Below the pieces are notes generated by a model, which made no database searches, was not told the DNA's origin, and worked only from the letters and a program-made list of their open reading frames with translations. A stretch of DNA of 63,787 nucleotides, filler included, from Welwitschia mirabilis (Eukaryota): the NCBI GenBank assembly GCA_051453625.1. It is 5 parts of one record of this genome, joined end to end, with 100 filler letters (N's around TTAATTAATTAA, not from the genome) between each part and the next. Parts side by side here need not be neighbours in the genome. Positions count along the whole stretch, not along the records: positions 14,967 to 30,978 come from JBOZIK010000001.1; positions 31,079 to 59,312 come from JBOZIK010000001.1; 3 more parts are not named here. The stretch is one strand, 5' to 3'. The translations under genes and the position numbers were made by a program. Positions 23,500 to 38,200 of this stretch are shown here, piece by piece. Position 1 is the stretch's first letter; every line of letters starts with the position of its first letter.

Positions 23500-26400
23500 A
23501 CATGATAAATTCTAGTATAAATATTAAATATCAGAGAGAGCAGAACCTGATTGAAGAAAATATCAAAGGTGGATTATTTGACTATGAGTAAAATCCAGGG
23601 ATGCATAACCTAGGTACGTAAATCCTAAGAATTTAAGAAGAATATTTACTATTATTATTTTATAATTAGATTTTGCAAAAGAAAATTATAGCATAGAAAT
23701 AGATCATGTTATTTCTTCTTTGAGTATGTTAAAATTGTCATAAAAATAAAAGCAAATTGATTTATCTAGTACTCCAATCATAATAAGAACTTCTACTTCA
23801 AATGCAGACATTACTCTTAGATATTCAATTACTAATTAAAAATGTAAAATCCAAACTCCCTTTGATTTATGCCTTAGTGATGATATAGAATTAAGAAATT
23901 TGAGTGCATATCCAACTTTTTCAAGGAAACATAAGGAGGATCCTTTCTAACATTTATATGACATTGAACAACTTGTGCTTATCTCAGGGAATGGAAGGAA
24001 ATGTATTAGTGATTATACCTACATGATTATTTTTCTAGTTACACTTAGAAAAGGGCAAAATTTTGGCTTAAAACCATTCCACACAAGTGTCTTAAGTTAC
24101 AGAGTCAAGTGTAAGAAGTTTTTATCAAACAATTTCTGAGTAAAAGTTTCATGAGAAAAAGAAAAAAGGAAGTAACTATCTTTTAGTAATAATCTCATGA
24201 GAATTATTTCATAGCTTATGAATGTTTTATCTTAGCTAGTCATTTTAACCCTATGGATGAATCCAATAATGAAGAATTAGTTAATTATTCTTACACTAAA
24301 TTTAATTATTAAACTAAATAACTTTTACATTTTTCTTGTGAAGGCAACTTGTTGAACTTAGTCTTACAACAAGTATTAAGTCTATTAAAAATCCTAGTAA
24401 AAATAAGTCAAACTTGGCTTGAACTATATGCCAAATCATTAAATATTTAAAGGAGGTTAAACATGATAAGAAAGAAGAGAGATGTGACTCAATCAACTTG
24501 ATTAAAAATTTCACTACCACTTTAGATAAGCATACACAATTGATAGTTGATGCATCAGTAGTAAAAGATGAGAACTCGACTTTAACTTATGAAATTTTTG
24601 AAGAAAACTCTCATCCAACTAAAAAGTATCCTTTATTACCAACTTGTAAGGAGAATATGTTTGAGGAATTTTATGCTTTCAATCAAAGAACATCTAACTT
24701 TCAAAGCCAACTACAATTTCAATAAAGATTAGTTGGATAATCACAATGGAAATCTTTTGAGAATATATTTAAAAGTTTAAACTTTCAACATAATTTTTAA
24801 AAAAGTCAAAATGATCCACTCAAAGATTGCATTGAAGAAATAAAAAGGGTGCAAAAAAAAAAACAATAGTAAAATTAAAAAGACCAATAGCAATACTAAA
24901 AAGACTAATACCAATATTGAAAACTTAGTAAATGTGCTTTAACAAACAATGCTTACTAATCAAAGACCATAATGGTTTCTTACGTCTCAATCATTATCCA
25001 ATCTAAATGAGGTTAGAAAATATTTAAAAGTAGTAATAATAAATGGAAATGATACAATACCTTCTACCCATGAGGTTTCAACTTCTAAGAATAATGAAAG
25101 TCAGGAAGATGATATAGAAATTTTGAAGTCATACAACTTTTTATCAGCATCACATACTAAAACCTCCACTAAAAATTCTTTACAAGAAAACAAAGGAGAT
25201 AAACCATTTATTCCTTGTCTTAATCGGTTAAATATAAATCCTACTTTTGATGAATACTTGAAAATATTAATGTAAGAGGTAAACATCAACTTACCTTTTA
25301 GGAAACTCTTATAAGAAAACCCTAAATATTCTAATTTATGGAAGGACCTAGTAATAATAAAACAAAAACATACTATTCCTAACAAAGTTTTTATTATTCA
25401 ATATATTTCCAACTTAGTCATTAAAAAGTGTTCTAAATTTAAACACCTTAGAGCTGCAACTATGAGTATCACCTTAGAAGAAAATAAAAGAATTCGAAAA
25501 AATTTAATTGACATAAGAGCTAGTGTAAACATCATGCCTTTTCACATGTGTAAGAGATTTGGGTTGAAAATTAAAATAGAACCTACATGAATTATCTTCA
25601 AATTAGTTGATACTTTAATTAAGAAATCATTAGGAATTATCAAGGAACTTATCATCCAAATTAAGGAAGCCTTTTACCGCATAGATGTTGTCATCATTAA
25701 GGTAGAACATGATGGAACTTATCCCTCTTACTAGGGGAAGCCTTTTGTGCAACTACTCATTGTATCATTGACACATGAACTAGAATGATGGGATATCATT
25801 TCTCCAATAAAAAGTTTACCATTCAAGTATTTGATGTTATTGAAAATAATGTAGAAGATTAGTTTAACTTAAAGGAATAATTAAAACCAACCTTGTTTTT
25901 ATACCATTGACCAATTAATGAGAGATTAATCATATTACATGAATCAACTTTATATGATGACCCAACTAAAACATACTATCTTGAGTTTGGAAATGAGAAT
26001 ACATTGACTGGAAAGAAACTTAACATATTCACTTAGTATAAAAACTTTTTGTAGAGTATTGTCCCACATCTATCATCCCCATGATAGACAGGACGATAGC
26101 TAAAAATCCTAATTTAGAATTAAATAAATTAATCTAAGGTTTAAAATATATTTATCTATCTAAAAATAAATTGAAATCCCTGATAATAAGTGACCTTATT
26201 ATTTATAAATAAGAATCAAACTTGATTTTACTCTTAACCTTTAAAGAAGAAGACTTTAATTACACCCATAAAAACATAGCTGCCATTCCTCTTTCCATAG
26301 TTTAACACAAGATTTACCTTGAAGATAATACTAAACCTGTTAAGTAATCTTAAAGAAAGCTTAACCTAGCCCTTAAGCAAATAGTTTAAGATGAAATCAT

Positions 26401-27743
26401 TAAACTTATGAATGTCAAAATCATATATTCTATATCTGATAGTGAGTTGATTAGTCCTTTGATAGTATTTATAAAGAAGGAGTTAAAATGAAGAATGTTC
26501 ATTAATTTTAAAAAACTTAATGAGGTCACTAAAAAGGATAATTGTCCTTTACCCTTTCTTGATTAAGTGCATGATAAAATCCAAGGTCATGTATACTGTT
26601 CTTTTCTTGATGGGCATAATGACTATAATCAAATTTTTATAGAAAGTGAGGACCAAGCCAAAATAACCTTTACCTCATTCTTTAGAATCTTTACTTTTAA
26701 ATAACCACCCTTTAGACTATGCAATGATATTGAAACCTCTCAGTGAGATATGATGAGGATCTTTTTTAACATGATAGAGGAATCTATTAAAATTTTTATG
26801 GATGACTTCTTCATCTTTGATTAGACTTTTGAATAAATCATAAAAAGATTAGAGAAAGTTTTGGATCGATTTATCGAGAGTGGCTTACATTTGAATTGGG
26901 AAAATAATTTTCTCCTTATCAATCATGAAATTATTATAGGACATCATATTTTAAAGGAAGAAATTAGGATGGACCTTACTAAAGTTTATAACATTAAACA
27001 CCTTATCCCTCTGACCAATATCAAATAAGTTATATAATTCCTTAGTCATATTGATTTCTATTGTCACTTTATTTATGATTATGTCAAAATTTATAAACCA
27101 CTTTATTCCTTACTTGAAAAAGATGCTAAATTTGATTGGAATGATTCTTGTAAACTTACATTTGATATACTTAAAAGAAACATTTCTTTTGAACCTATTG
27201 TCATCGGTCCCAATCGGAATAAGAATTTTAAAATTATGTGTGATGCAATCAACATTGCTATGTGTGGGATTCTTAAGTAAAAATATGAAAATGGTTTTAA
27301 AGTCATATCATATCTTAGTAAAACTTTGTCCTAAGCCTAATCTAACTATACCACTATCGAGAGAGAAATGCTTGACATCATTTTTTACCTTGATCATGTT
27401 TGGTATTATTTCCACATCAATGTTTATATAGATCATGCAACCATCTGCTATCTTATGACTAAGAATGATTCTAGTGCAGGACTTATTATATGGATTCTTA
27501 TCATGCAAGAATTCAATCTCACTATCATTGATAATGCTAAAAAATATAATAATATTGTCGATCATCTATTTCAACTTTCTTATTATCATGATAAACTTCC
27601 CATAAATGACTCTTTTAAAGCTGAATAACTCTTTGTGATTAAAAAACTTTATGCCATCTCTTCTACTCATCTTACTTCTTAGTATGCTAATATCATTAAC
27701 TACTTTATTACTATGAACATCTTAGCATTGGAACTATAACCAA
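23500..27743 (+). pseudogene. gag-PR-RT-RNaseH remnant of Athila-type element C; breaks off at the start of integrase
   Basis: Gag YPTFSRKHKEDPF, protease LIDIRASVNIM (about 25505), RT FMDDFF (about 26795), RNase H (ORF 27368..27628 YIDHATICYLMTK..LIIWILIMQEFNL). Collinear with B in reverse. Confidence 0.9.
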
Positions 27744-30700
27744 TGAAAAAAAGGCTACTAATAGAGAAGAACATTAAAGAAGGACCCGTGAACATAAAAA
27801 ATGAATCAAAAAAGAAGTCTCTAAATGCACTCAATCCTTTTTCTGAATTTATTTTTTTTCTAAATTAGATTTTCTTAATGAAAATCCTATAGAAGAAGAG
27901 AACCAATTCACAATGTCAAGTGCCTCTTGTAAGCAAAAAAAAGTTATAGGATCTTTTACCCCTAATGCAAACCTTACCCTTAGAGAATTGATAGCCAACA
28001 AGAAATGAGAGATTCTAATCCATTTTGTAGATGACATTAAGATTAAAAATTTAAATGCCTATCCAACTTTTAATAGAGAAGATAATGAATATCCCCTTTA
28101 ATACATAGTAGACATAGAACATTTAATTCTTACCTTGGGAAATAGCAAGAAAAAAATAACTGATAGAATATATATGGTAATCTTTCCCATGACATTAAAA
28201 GGTAGAGAAAAAAATTGGCTAAAAACCATACCCTACAAAAGATTAAAACATAAGATCAAGTCTAGAAAATCTTTCAGTGAAGAAACTATTAACAAAAAAT
28301 AAAAAAAGAGGTAATAAACTTTCAATAAAAACCAACTGAAGACTATTCCTTCATATATGAGTATTTCTTTATAGCTTACAATTCTAATCCATTAGATACT
28401 TTTTCACCAATAAAACTAACAGACTAATTCTATAGTAGGTTAACTCCAAATAACTTATAGATTTTTCTAGTGAAAGAAACCTCATCAACCTTACATTAGA
28501 TGATGCCTAGATAAAATTAAAAAAGCTTATGAAGGTTAATCAAACTTGGTCAACTCTTAAATAAAACCCAATTGTAGGCCAACTTATCAAAGACTTAAAA
28601 TATATTAAACAATAAAAAGAGATAGAATTTAATCTTACAAATTTCATGAGATATTTTATAACAACCTTGGAGAATTATATAGAAATGATCTTAAATGCCA
28701 AACCCACAACCAAAATAAATGTTATGTAAACTTATGATTTATGTAAAGATAATTAACATGTCACCAAAAAATACCGTCTTTTTCCAACATACAAAGAAAG
28801 AATATGTAAAGATGTTTGTGCTTTCAACCAATCATCTCAAAAATTTAAAAATCAAAAGTAGGTACAATCAAGATTAAACACTCATTTTCAAAATAATTTT
28901 CAACTTTTTTAAAACTGATTCAAAAACACAAACTACTAACCAGGGCTAGTAAGCTTTTAATATCTAAATAATCAACTAATAAACCTTATACAAAACCTTA
29001 AAAAAATAAATGGTAACATGGAAGACATGGTAATAAACAATTCTAGCAAACCAAAGACTTCAAGGAATATTAGCTATATAACTTTTACCAAATCCAAATG
29101 AGCTAAGAAAATATTATAAGGTTGTAAAAAGTAAGAAACAAATCCTCCTTCAAATGAATCTTTCAACTCCCAAAATGATTTTAGAAATGATGAAGAAGAA
29201 GAGGAAGAAGACATTAAAATATTAGAAGATTACAACTTCCCTTCTTTTGGCAAAAAGAAAAAGAAAGATCCTTTTCAAAAAACCATCCCTTAGCTTGATA
29301 GACTCAACAAAAATTTAACATTTAATAAATATCTAAAAGACTTGATGAAAAACATGAGCATAAACTTACTCTTTTGGAAACTTTTGCAACAAAATCAGAG
29401 GTACTCAAAATTATGGAAAGACTTAACAAGAAGAAAACAAGAATGAGTCATCCATAGCAAAGTCTTTCTAGCCTAATCCCTCATAAATTTAGTATTACAA
29501 AAACCATCCAAATTTAAAGATCTAGGAGCAACAACAGTGAATGTTACTTTAGAAAAAAACAAACAAATTAGAAAACCCTTGATAGACATTAGAGCGAGTG
29601 TTAACATTATGTCACTTCACATTTGTAAAAGACTTGATTTGGAGGATAAAATAGAGCCTACTCTGGATGTATTAGAATTAGTAGATACTTCAGTTAAGAA
29701 ATTATTAACCATTATTAAAGATTTGGTNNNNNNNNNNNNNNNNNNNNNNNNNNNNNNNNNNNNNNNNNNNNNNNNNNNNNNNNNNNNNNNNNNNNNNNNN
29801 NNNNNNNNNNNNNNNNNNNNNNNNNNNACTTGAAAAAGATGCTAAATTTGATTGGAATGTTTCATGTCAACTTGTGTTTAAAACTATTAAAAAAATATTT
29901 TTTATAAACCTATTATCATGGACCCTAATTGAAATAAAGATTTTAAACTCATGTGTGATGCAAGCAACATAGTTGTAGGTGGGGTTCTTGGCTAAAAATA
30001 CTAAAATGGTTTTAAAAAGTCATATCCTATCTTAGTAAAACTTTATCTCAAGCCCAATATAACTACACTACCACTAAGAGAGAAATGCTTATTATCATAT
30101 TTTGTCTTGATTATCTTTGATATTATCTTCTTGGTTTTCACATTAATGTTTATGTAGATCATATAGCCATTCATTATCTTACAATCAAGAAAAATTATAG
30201 TGCTAGACTTATTAGGTGGATCCTTCTTATGTAAGAATTTAATCTCATCATCATTAATAAAGCTAGAAAACATAATAGTATTGTCAATCATCTATCTCAA
30301 CTTTCTTGTTCTCATGATGAACTTCCCATAAATAACTCTTTTCCAAGTGAACTACTTTTCATAATTGAGTAACTTTATGCCATCTCTTCTGCTCATCCTG
30401 ATCCTTGGTATGCTGATATCATGAACTACCTTATTACTATAAAGACACCTTAGCATTGAACCCATAACCAACAAAAATCTTTTCTCTATAGGATCAGTGT
30501 CTACGAGTGGAATGAATCCCATCTTTATAGAAGATACAAATATTAAATCATGTGTAAGTATGTGCTTGAGTGGGAAAGCCTAGAAATCCTAAAACTTTGC
30601 CATGGTGGGGTATGTGAGGAATAGTTTAGTGGCTAAACGACTGCCATAAAAATTACTCTAGTTTTTATTTTTCTACCATTTTAAGGATTTATTTAACTTT

Positions 30701-30857
30701 TCTAGAAGGTGTGATGTGTGTCAATATTATAGTATCCTAATCCATTCTAAAAATATGTCCCTTAAACCTATACTTGAATGTAAATCTTTTGATTATTAGG
30801 GAATTGACTTTGTAAGCCTAATTAAACCACTTTCTCATGACAAAAATTATATCCTGG

Positions 30858-30978
30858 TGTTGCGCCGCCAACTTAAGTGTCTTTGATAGAGTATTTTGAG
30901 TTGTTTTGCAAATAAACTAATAGATAAATGCTCAGTTTCTATAACTATTAACAATCAAGAAGCACAAGCCGAAAACAT
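30858..30978 (+). repeat. Start of a younger A-family LTR inserted into the integrase of D; runs into a gap
   Basis: TGTTGCGCCGCCAACTTAAGTG... interrupts the KNYILV codons. It matches the LTR starts at 11811 and 12919 (minus) and 62404. Confidence 0.85.
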
Positions 30979-33936
30979 NNNNNNNNNNNNNNNNNNNNNN
31001 NNNNNNNNNNNNNNNNNNNNNNTTAATTAATTAANNNNNNNNNNNNNNNNNNNNNNNNNNNNNNNNNNNNNNNNNNNNATCTTTCAATGTTTTGGTTTTT
31101 TATGAATCATCATTAGTGATCAGGGAACTTATTTCATTAACCACCTTTTTCAAAAACCTCTTTTAGCCATTGGTATTAAACATAGAATTTCATGTGTATA
31201 TAATCCTCAAACTAATGGCTAAGCCTAAAATGCAAATAGAGAAATTAAAAATATGCTTCGAAAATTAATCTCTACCAATAGGAAAACATAATCCTCTAAA
31301 CTTAATGATGTTCTTTAGGCTTGTCATACTACTTGACATAAATCTCTAGGTTTCTCACCATATGAACTTGTGTATGGAAAATTTTGTGTCTTGTCAGTTG
31401 ATGTTTGCTATAACTCCTATCGATCAACCCATTAACTTAACCTTGTAGACTTTAATGAAAATCTTACAACTTAATTAGCCTAACTTAATCATTTAGATAA
31501 GTAATATGCTCATGTCTTACATAGTGAACTCATTTATAAAGCCCAAGATAAGTTTCAACATGATAAAAAGATTATTCATAAGTAATTTGAACCTAGTTAA
31601 CTTGTATTTATATAACACTTAAGTACACTTTTTACACAATAAATTAAATTTTAAGTGATTAGGTCCTTTTCTTATAGAAAAAGTACATTCAAATGATTCT
31701 GTTAAAATCTTTATTCAAACACAAGAGAAATTTAAAACGTTAATGAAGAAAGGTTTAAAATCTATGAGTCATCTACTAATGAAACCTTAAACATGATAGA
31801 AGCACTTATCTTGAAAGCCCCTCTAAATAAGAAGGATATTTCTCTTGTCATTATCTACATTTCTTCTTAACTCATTCCTTTGGTTAACATCATGTTATCA
31901 CTTAAGTATCTTAAACTTGACTTATATATTTCTTTTATGAAGTTTCCATGATTAGTAATATTTTACTTGAGATTTTAAATGATAAGATTGGTTTTATCTA
32001 ATCTTAAGACATTCGTATATCTATGAACTTCATCTTAAAATAATATACCTTGATTTTTTTTAATTCTCTTTCCATAGTATAAGTAATTAGTTATTTTTGC
32101 ATGTTCTTCTTATTATTCATCTCTTTTCTTCACTATTATTCTTATGAGTACTTAGTCACGTGGAATGTTAAAAAAATAAATAAAAACAAAAAAAATAGAG
32201 AGAAACAAATAAAAACCATGCTCTTTCAGATCTAAACTAAAATATGATCCCTATCATATGCTATCACAAGTGCACTGAGGCAATTTTTTTTAAGAGGGGC
32301 CTTTGGTAGTGTGATATGGTAGCTATGAAAACTTCATTAGGGGGTCAGTTAGCCATATTATGTGGGTTCTTTTAATAATAGTTACACTCCCCTCATCATG
32401 GTAGAATAAAATTTTACTTAAAGGCTATAAGATCAATGATGTCCTCGGTGTCATTAGAAGCATTGCTTATTTTTTAGACTCATTTTATTTATTTATTCAT
32501 AATACTTCCATATAATCACTTTAATTTTTTAGATTCTAGTATTGTTTTGAGATGATATCTTGTAAGTTCCTATTTTAATAGCTTTTTATCTTATCATTCA
32601 TTTTTGATAACATTTGACATACTAGACATTATCATAATCATTACCTATTTGAGTGGTACTTTATTAGTTTTTATATACTGTCATGCATCTTTCATTAATT
32701 GATTTNNNNNNNNNNNNNNNNNNNNNNNNNNNNNNNNNNNNNNNNNNNNNNNNNNNNNNNNNNNNNNNNNNNNNNNNNNNNNNNNNNNNNNNNNNNNNNN
32801 NNNNNNNNNNNNNNNNNNNNNNNNNNNNNNNNNNNNNNNNNNNNNNNNNNNNNNNNNNTGGATCTAATCATTTTTAAGTTTCTTGTTGATGTTTTTCCAT
32901 AATTTCTATAGAGGATTATTATTCTCTTTTTGATAGGTTACCATCATCTAATGAATTCCAGTTATTCTTTTCCATGAGTTCGAGAACATTTGAGGGGCCT
33001 TTGAGCATTGCCTCTTTCTACTTAGTGAATTTTCTTACTTTTCACAGATATCTTTTCATCATGGTCATATTTTTTAGAATAATTTTTTTACTTTCTACCT
33101 TCTTTCTACTTTTTTCGCTACTTTTTGTGTGCTTGTTTGTTTTTAGACTTTTTTTGGTTTTTCTGTTCCTTCTAAACAACTCATCTGATGACTATTATTC
33201 CATGTCTGTCATTTCCATGATAGCCAGGATGACACTCTTCCTTTTCCCTTTATGTAATCTAGTACATCTTACTTCATCTGTGGAGTAGGAGGCAATGGGA
33301 AGGGGAAGAGGGGGGTGGTTAGAGGGCTGGATAAGACAACTTTCTAAGCATTTTTACATGATTTTGAGTAACAACTAAAAAGGATCATATTCTAAGCTTT
33401 CACAATACATATCTATGATGAGTTGTTTAAATGAGATTTCTTGTTACTGAATAAAATTCATGGATTTTATCTTGCAAAAGCATAGTAGCATACTTAAAAA
33501 ATTTTCTTGTAGTGATGTTTTAGATCATTTAAAGGGAAAAGCATGCTATATTTACTCTTGTACTTTGCCCTTACTGATTACACTAATAAACTTAGATGCA
33601 TCATTCTTTTGAGATTAGTACTACTTAAGTTGTTATATCTGTTTAATATCATTGTCTCACATTATGCATATACATTATCCTTTTCTAAGCTATCATTGTT
33701 ACATTTTATGATTCTTGTATGTGTATGACATTCATTCCATTTATGGTGATATACTTAAGTAGGGGGCTTAGAGAAATGTCAGTATTTATATCAGATAATT
33801 GGTTGTTGATATCTATTCCTTCATGATTAAATTGAACTCAATGTATATTTTTCTAGTTTCTATTTATCTTAGTTAAATTATCCCGTAATATAGTTAATTT
33901 CTTACTTTGTCAGGGAATAACAAGGCTAAGTAGAAG

Positions 33937-35226
33937 GCTTACAATGCCAATTTGTAGCAATTTGATGGTGTATTTTTAGTACTTTTGTAGGACATTATAC
34001 AAGTTAGGATGTAATATTGATGATTGTAGAGAACTAACAGGATGATCATTAAAACATACTATTTCTAACATATTTGGAGGAATCTCAAACTTATTCTGAT
34101 ACTTCATATTTTAAAAGAAGGATTCTCCATGAAAAATATTGATTCCATTTTGAGATTGAATATGAAGAAGCTTATCATCCCCTCTGTCATCTCCATGATA
34201 GATAGGATGATAGCACTACTAACATGGATAAAGGTTGTAGGATCGATAGTGGGGCTTAAAACTGATGGAGCACCTTTTGACATAGAGTTACATCCCCTCT
34301 ATTGTCCCCATGACAAGTAGGATAATAGGTATTTTCTATGATGGAAAGAATTCTCTTTATAGTGGGGTCATATAACCCATTTGGGCTACCAGGGTTTATT
34401 CTCTGACTTTTAGGGTTGAGCTTTCAAAACTTTAATGTAAAAGTATAAATATTCCCCTCCTCCCTCGCCTCCCTCGCTCCCTTCCCTCCCCCTTTTCCTT
34501 GACTTTTGTTTTCATCTTTTATACCTAATTTTCTTATGATGGAAGACTAAAGGATGAGATTCATCTAATAGGTATAGATAGAAGTCACCTTAGTGTTGGA
34601 ATGAGTATCCTCTATTGAGGAGTTACTGCTTTATTATGAGTGGATGTAAAATCTTCATGATTAATTCAAATACTCTTTTAACTACAATTGTGTTTATGTC
34701 TCTTATGGTTTAAGTTGATTGTAGTTAGTGATAGCCCTATAATTTATTTAGATCATAAGGACAACCTTTATTAAGCTGACTTCATTAGTTTAGGTTTGCA
34801 TTGCATTTTCTTTATTCCATTTCATACTTGCATTTCATATTCTATTTGGCATATCTCATAGTATGAATTTGTTAGAAATAAGTAATGAACTCTTCTTAAT
34901 TAATTTGAATTATAGAGAGCTATGTCTTATGACAGGAGAATTAGGATTCAAGTAGAACTCATCCTATTTACATTTCATCCATTGCATTTCATCTTCATTC
35001 ATCATTGCATTGTATTTTCATATTTTTTTACTTTCATTTATTAAAAAGATAAAAAAACTAAAAATACTTTGTGAAATAAATTATCTAACTCAAATTCTAG
35101 TACCTACAATGGATTATGACATTCTGGTTGACCCCCATATATACTAATGTGTGTTTTTCTATAGATATTGTGATTTACAGGTTTTACCTAAAGGACTTAA
35201 GGATTGCATAAATTCATACTACAATA
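33937..35226 (+). repeat. 3' LTR of the C/D family
   Basis: Starts ..TTACAATGCCAATTTGTAG (decayed TGTTGCGATGCCAA) after a purine-rich tract (AAGGCTAAGTAGAAGG). TATAAATA at 34444-34451. Ends GCATAAATTCATACTACAATA with no PBS following. Confidence 0.85.
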
Positions 35227-38200
35227 GTTATAAACTCAGATCATAGCCAATTTATCTCTTGGTAGAGTCCTTACAGCTACCTTATTACATTGTTAAAGGT
35301 CCCTTTCGAGAATACTTATCCTGGTACTTATGATAGGATATTTCTCTTTCTTCTTTCTTCTCTTTCTTCTTTTTTTTTTAAACATAGAATAAATTATTAC
35401 ACGTGTATCTTTATTTTTCTTCATCATTTAGTTATTTTTATTATTTGTAACTTATTTCTTTTTGAAGACTTACTAATTCTTATGAAAAACACTTTTACTT
35501 GACAACCAAAACTTTTTATGATTTGAATAACATCTATTTTCTTTTTTTAATATTTAAACCTTATACCATCTTAATTATTTATTTATTTATTTATTTTATA
35601 TATAATTTTAATAATAAAAAAGAATATATGATTATTGAAGAAGATGTATAGGTAGAATTATTTTCACTCTATAAGTTTATCCAATTTCTTCTAAGAGTGA
35701 AATTCCTTTTGTATAAGTTTTAATTCTATAATCATTTATTTGATATGTGTTGTTATTTCTTTATTAAATACTTCCATTGCTCCATTAGGTAGAATTTTGA
35801 TTAAAGTATATAGTCCAATCCATTCTTTAATGTACTTTCATTTAGAAGATATATATTTAGGATTAAAAACTAAAAATTTATCTCTAATTTCAAAATTATT
35901 TTTTTGAACATGATGGTCATGCCACTTTTTTACTTGTTTTTGAATTAATTCTTTTCTTATTAAGGATTCTCTTCTATCTTCATCTAATTTATTAATATTT
36001 TAGATCCATTCTTTTTGAGCTTTATCCAGATCATGATCTAATTATTTAGCTAATTTATAGAATGTTAATATTATTTCAATAATCAATGTTGCATTTTTAC
36101 CATAAAATAACCCATAGGGTGTGAAACCTATACTATTTTTTCAAGTTCTCTTACAAGCGCATAAAGCTTCAATAAGTTTGTATACCCAATCAGTCCTTTT
36201 AGTATTCACTATTTTAGTTAAAATTTCATTTAATTTCCTATTTTTGACCTCATTCTAATCATTAGATCTGAGATGATAAGTAGAAGAGAGTTTATGATGG
36301 ACTTCATAGTTAGACAAAAACTTTTCAAAGGCTTAACTAGTGAAATGGATTTTTCTATCTGATATAAAACATCTAGGAATACCTAATCTATAGAATATAT
36401 TTTTAAATAAGAATTTGATTATGTTTTAGTGGAATAGTTAGAAACAGCATTAGCTTCAATCCATATAGTCAAATAATCCACATAGACTAGAATGTATTCC
36501 TTTCTGTAGGATTTTGGATTAATGGAACTAATGAAATCCATGTCCTAGACATCAAAGGGATCTAAGGCTTGAATTTATTATTGTGGTATTTTCATCATTT
36601 TTAACCATGCTTCCTCCCTTTAACACTTGTTACATCCTTTAGTATAATTGAAAGAGTCCTTGAATAGAGAAGGTCAATAATATTTTATAGCTATACGTTT
36701 TTCTCCATAATGATTTCCTCCTTCCTCTACATGGAAAGTTTGTAAAAGCTCCTTTGGATTAGGATCATTCATACATCTCCTAATGATGCTATCCTTACCA
36801 AATCTAAAAAGAATCTTATTCTCTAATATATAGTCTTTTACTTCTCTTAACAATCTCTTTTTCTCATAATAGGTTAAGTAAGGAGTACTTTCTTACCTTA
36901 CTAATAAGTTAGCAATATATGAAAACTAAAGAGTTTATTGTAAACTTTCTAAATGCTCATCAGGGAAATTATTTTAATTATCTAATTATTTAGCCTCTTT
37001 AGGGAATTCCAATTTGGATAGATAATCAGTTGTTACATTCTCTTTTCTCTTATTATATATTATCTTAAGATCGAATTCCTACAATAAAAGTATCCACCTT
37101 ATGATTTGAGAATTTTCTTTCTTCTTGTTCATTAAAAATTGTATAGTACTATTATTCATTTGAATTTTAGTCTCATAACCTAGGAAATAATGCATAAACT
37201 TATCTAAAATTATCACTATGGCCAGAATTTCTACAACTATGTAATTTTTTTGTATAGAATTGCTATTCTTACTTATGTAAGCAGTAGCATAGGATTTACA
37301 ATTATCATCTTTCTATTGTAAAATAGCACTAATATCATATTTTGAATCATCAGTTATGATGTAAAAATATTTATCCTAATATGGTTTTTATAAAATAGGG
37401 GCCTCAACTAATTTATCTGTAAGAAGTTGAAAAGCTTTTTCGCATTCCTAGGTTCACTCATAGGGTGCATTTTTTTGTAAGAGATTACTTAATGATTTAG
37501 TAATTTTACTAAAATTAGAAATTAATCTTCTATAATACCTCACATAACCCAAAAATGATCTTAGTTCTTTTAGTTTAGTTAGTGGAGGAATTTATTTAAT
37601 GACATTAATCTTTTACTCATTAGTTTCAATTCCTCTTATTGATATCCTGTGGCCTAAAATAATACCTTCTGCTATCATGAGATTAATTTTAAACTAAATT
37701 AGTTTCAAATTTCTTTTCTTTACAATGAGTAAGTAAAGCTTCTAGTATTTTCAAAGCTTCATCAAAATGATTTTCACAGGTTGAGAAATTATTAATGAAA
37801 ACCTTAGCTAACCTTCCTATCATGTCTTGGAAAATACTATTCACTAGCTTTTAAAAAGTGGTTGGTGTATTACATAATCCAAAAGGTAATAGTTTAAAAT
37901 CATATGTACTCCATTTACAAGTAAAAGTAGTTTTTTCTTAATCTTCAAGAGCTATAAAAATTTGATTATACCCACTGTATCTATCCAAGAAATTATGATA
38001 TTTATAACGAATAATTCTTTCTAAAACCTAATCCACAAAGGGTAAAGAAAAATTATCCTTATAAGTAGCAGCATTTAGTAGCTAAAAATATATACACACT
38101 CTATATTTATTATTCTTCTTAGAAACTACTATTATCAAACTTACCCATTCTAAATCATAAATAAGATAGATTAATCCCATTTTTAATAGCTTAAAATTTT

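Larger units (their letters stand above)
27744..35226 (+). mobile_element. Athila-type element D: gag-PR, gap, RNaseH-INT, 3' region, 3' LTR (the parts either side of the 29728-29827 gap may be different copies)
   Basis: Gag about 27950-29480, protease (ORF 29537.. LIDIRASVNIMS), RNase H 29828-30350 (FKLMCDASNI), integrase 30400-31870, LTR 33937-35226. Confidence 0.82.

Noticed and set aside
32974..33288. 104-aa hydrophobic ORF as a candidate transmembrane env protein
   Set aside because: The Phe/Leu richness comes from T-rich low-complexity UTR sequence, and it shows no similarity to the extra ORF at 900-2083.
33503..33514. TTTCTTGTAGTG, CACTA-end-like 12-mer
   Set aside because: Lies inside D's 3' region with no partner TIR in the right orientation and no subterminal repeats; probably chance.
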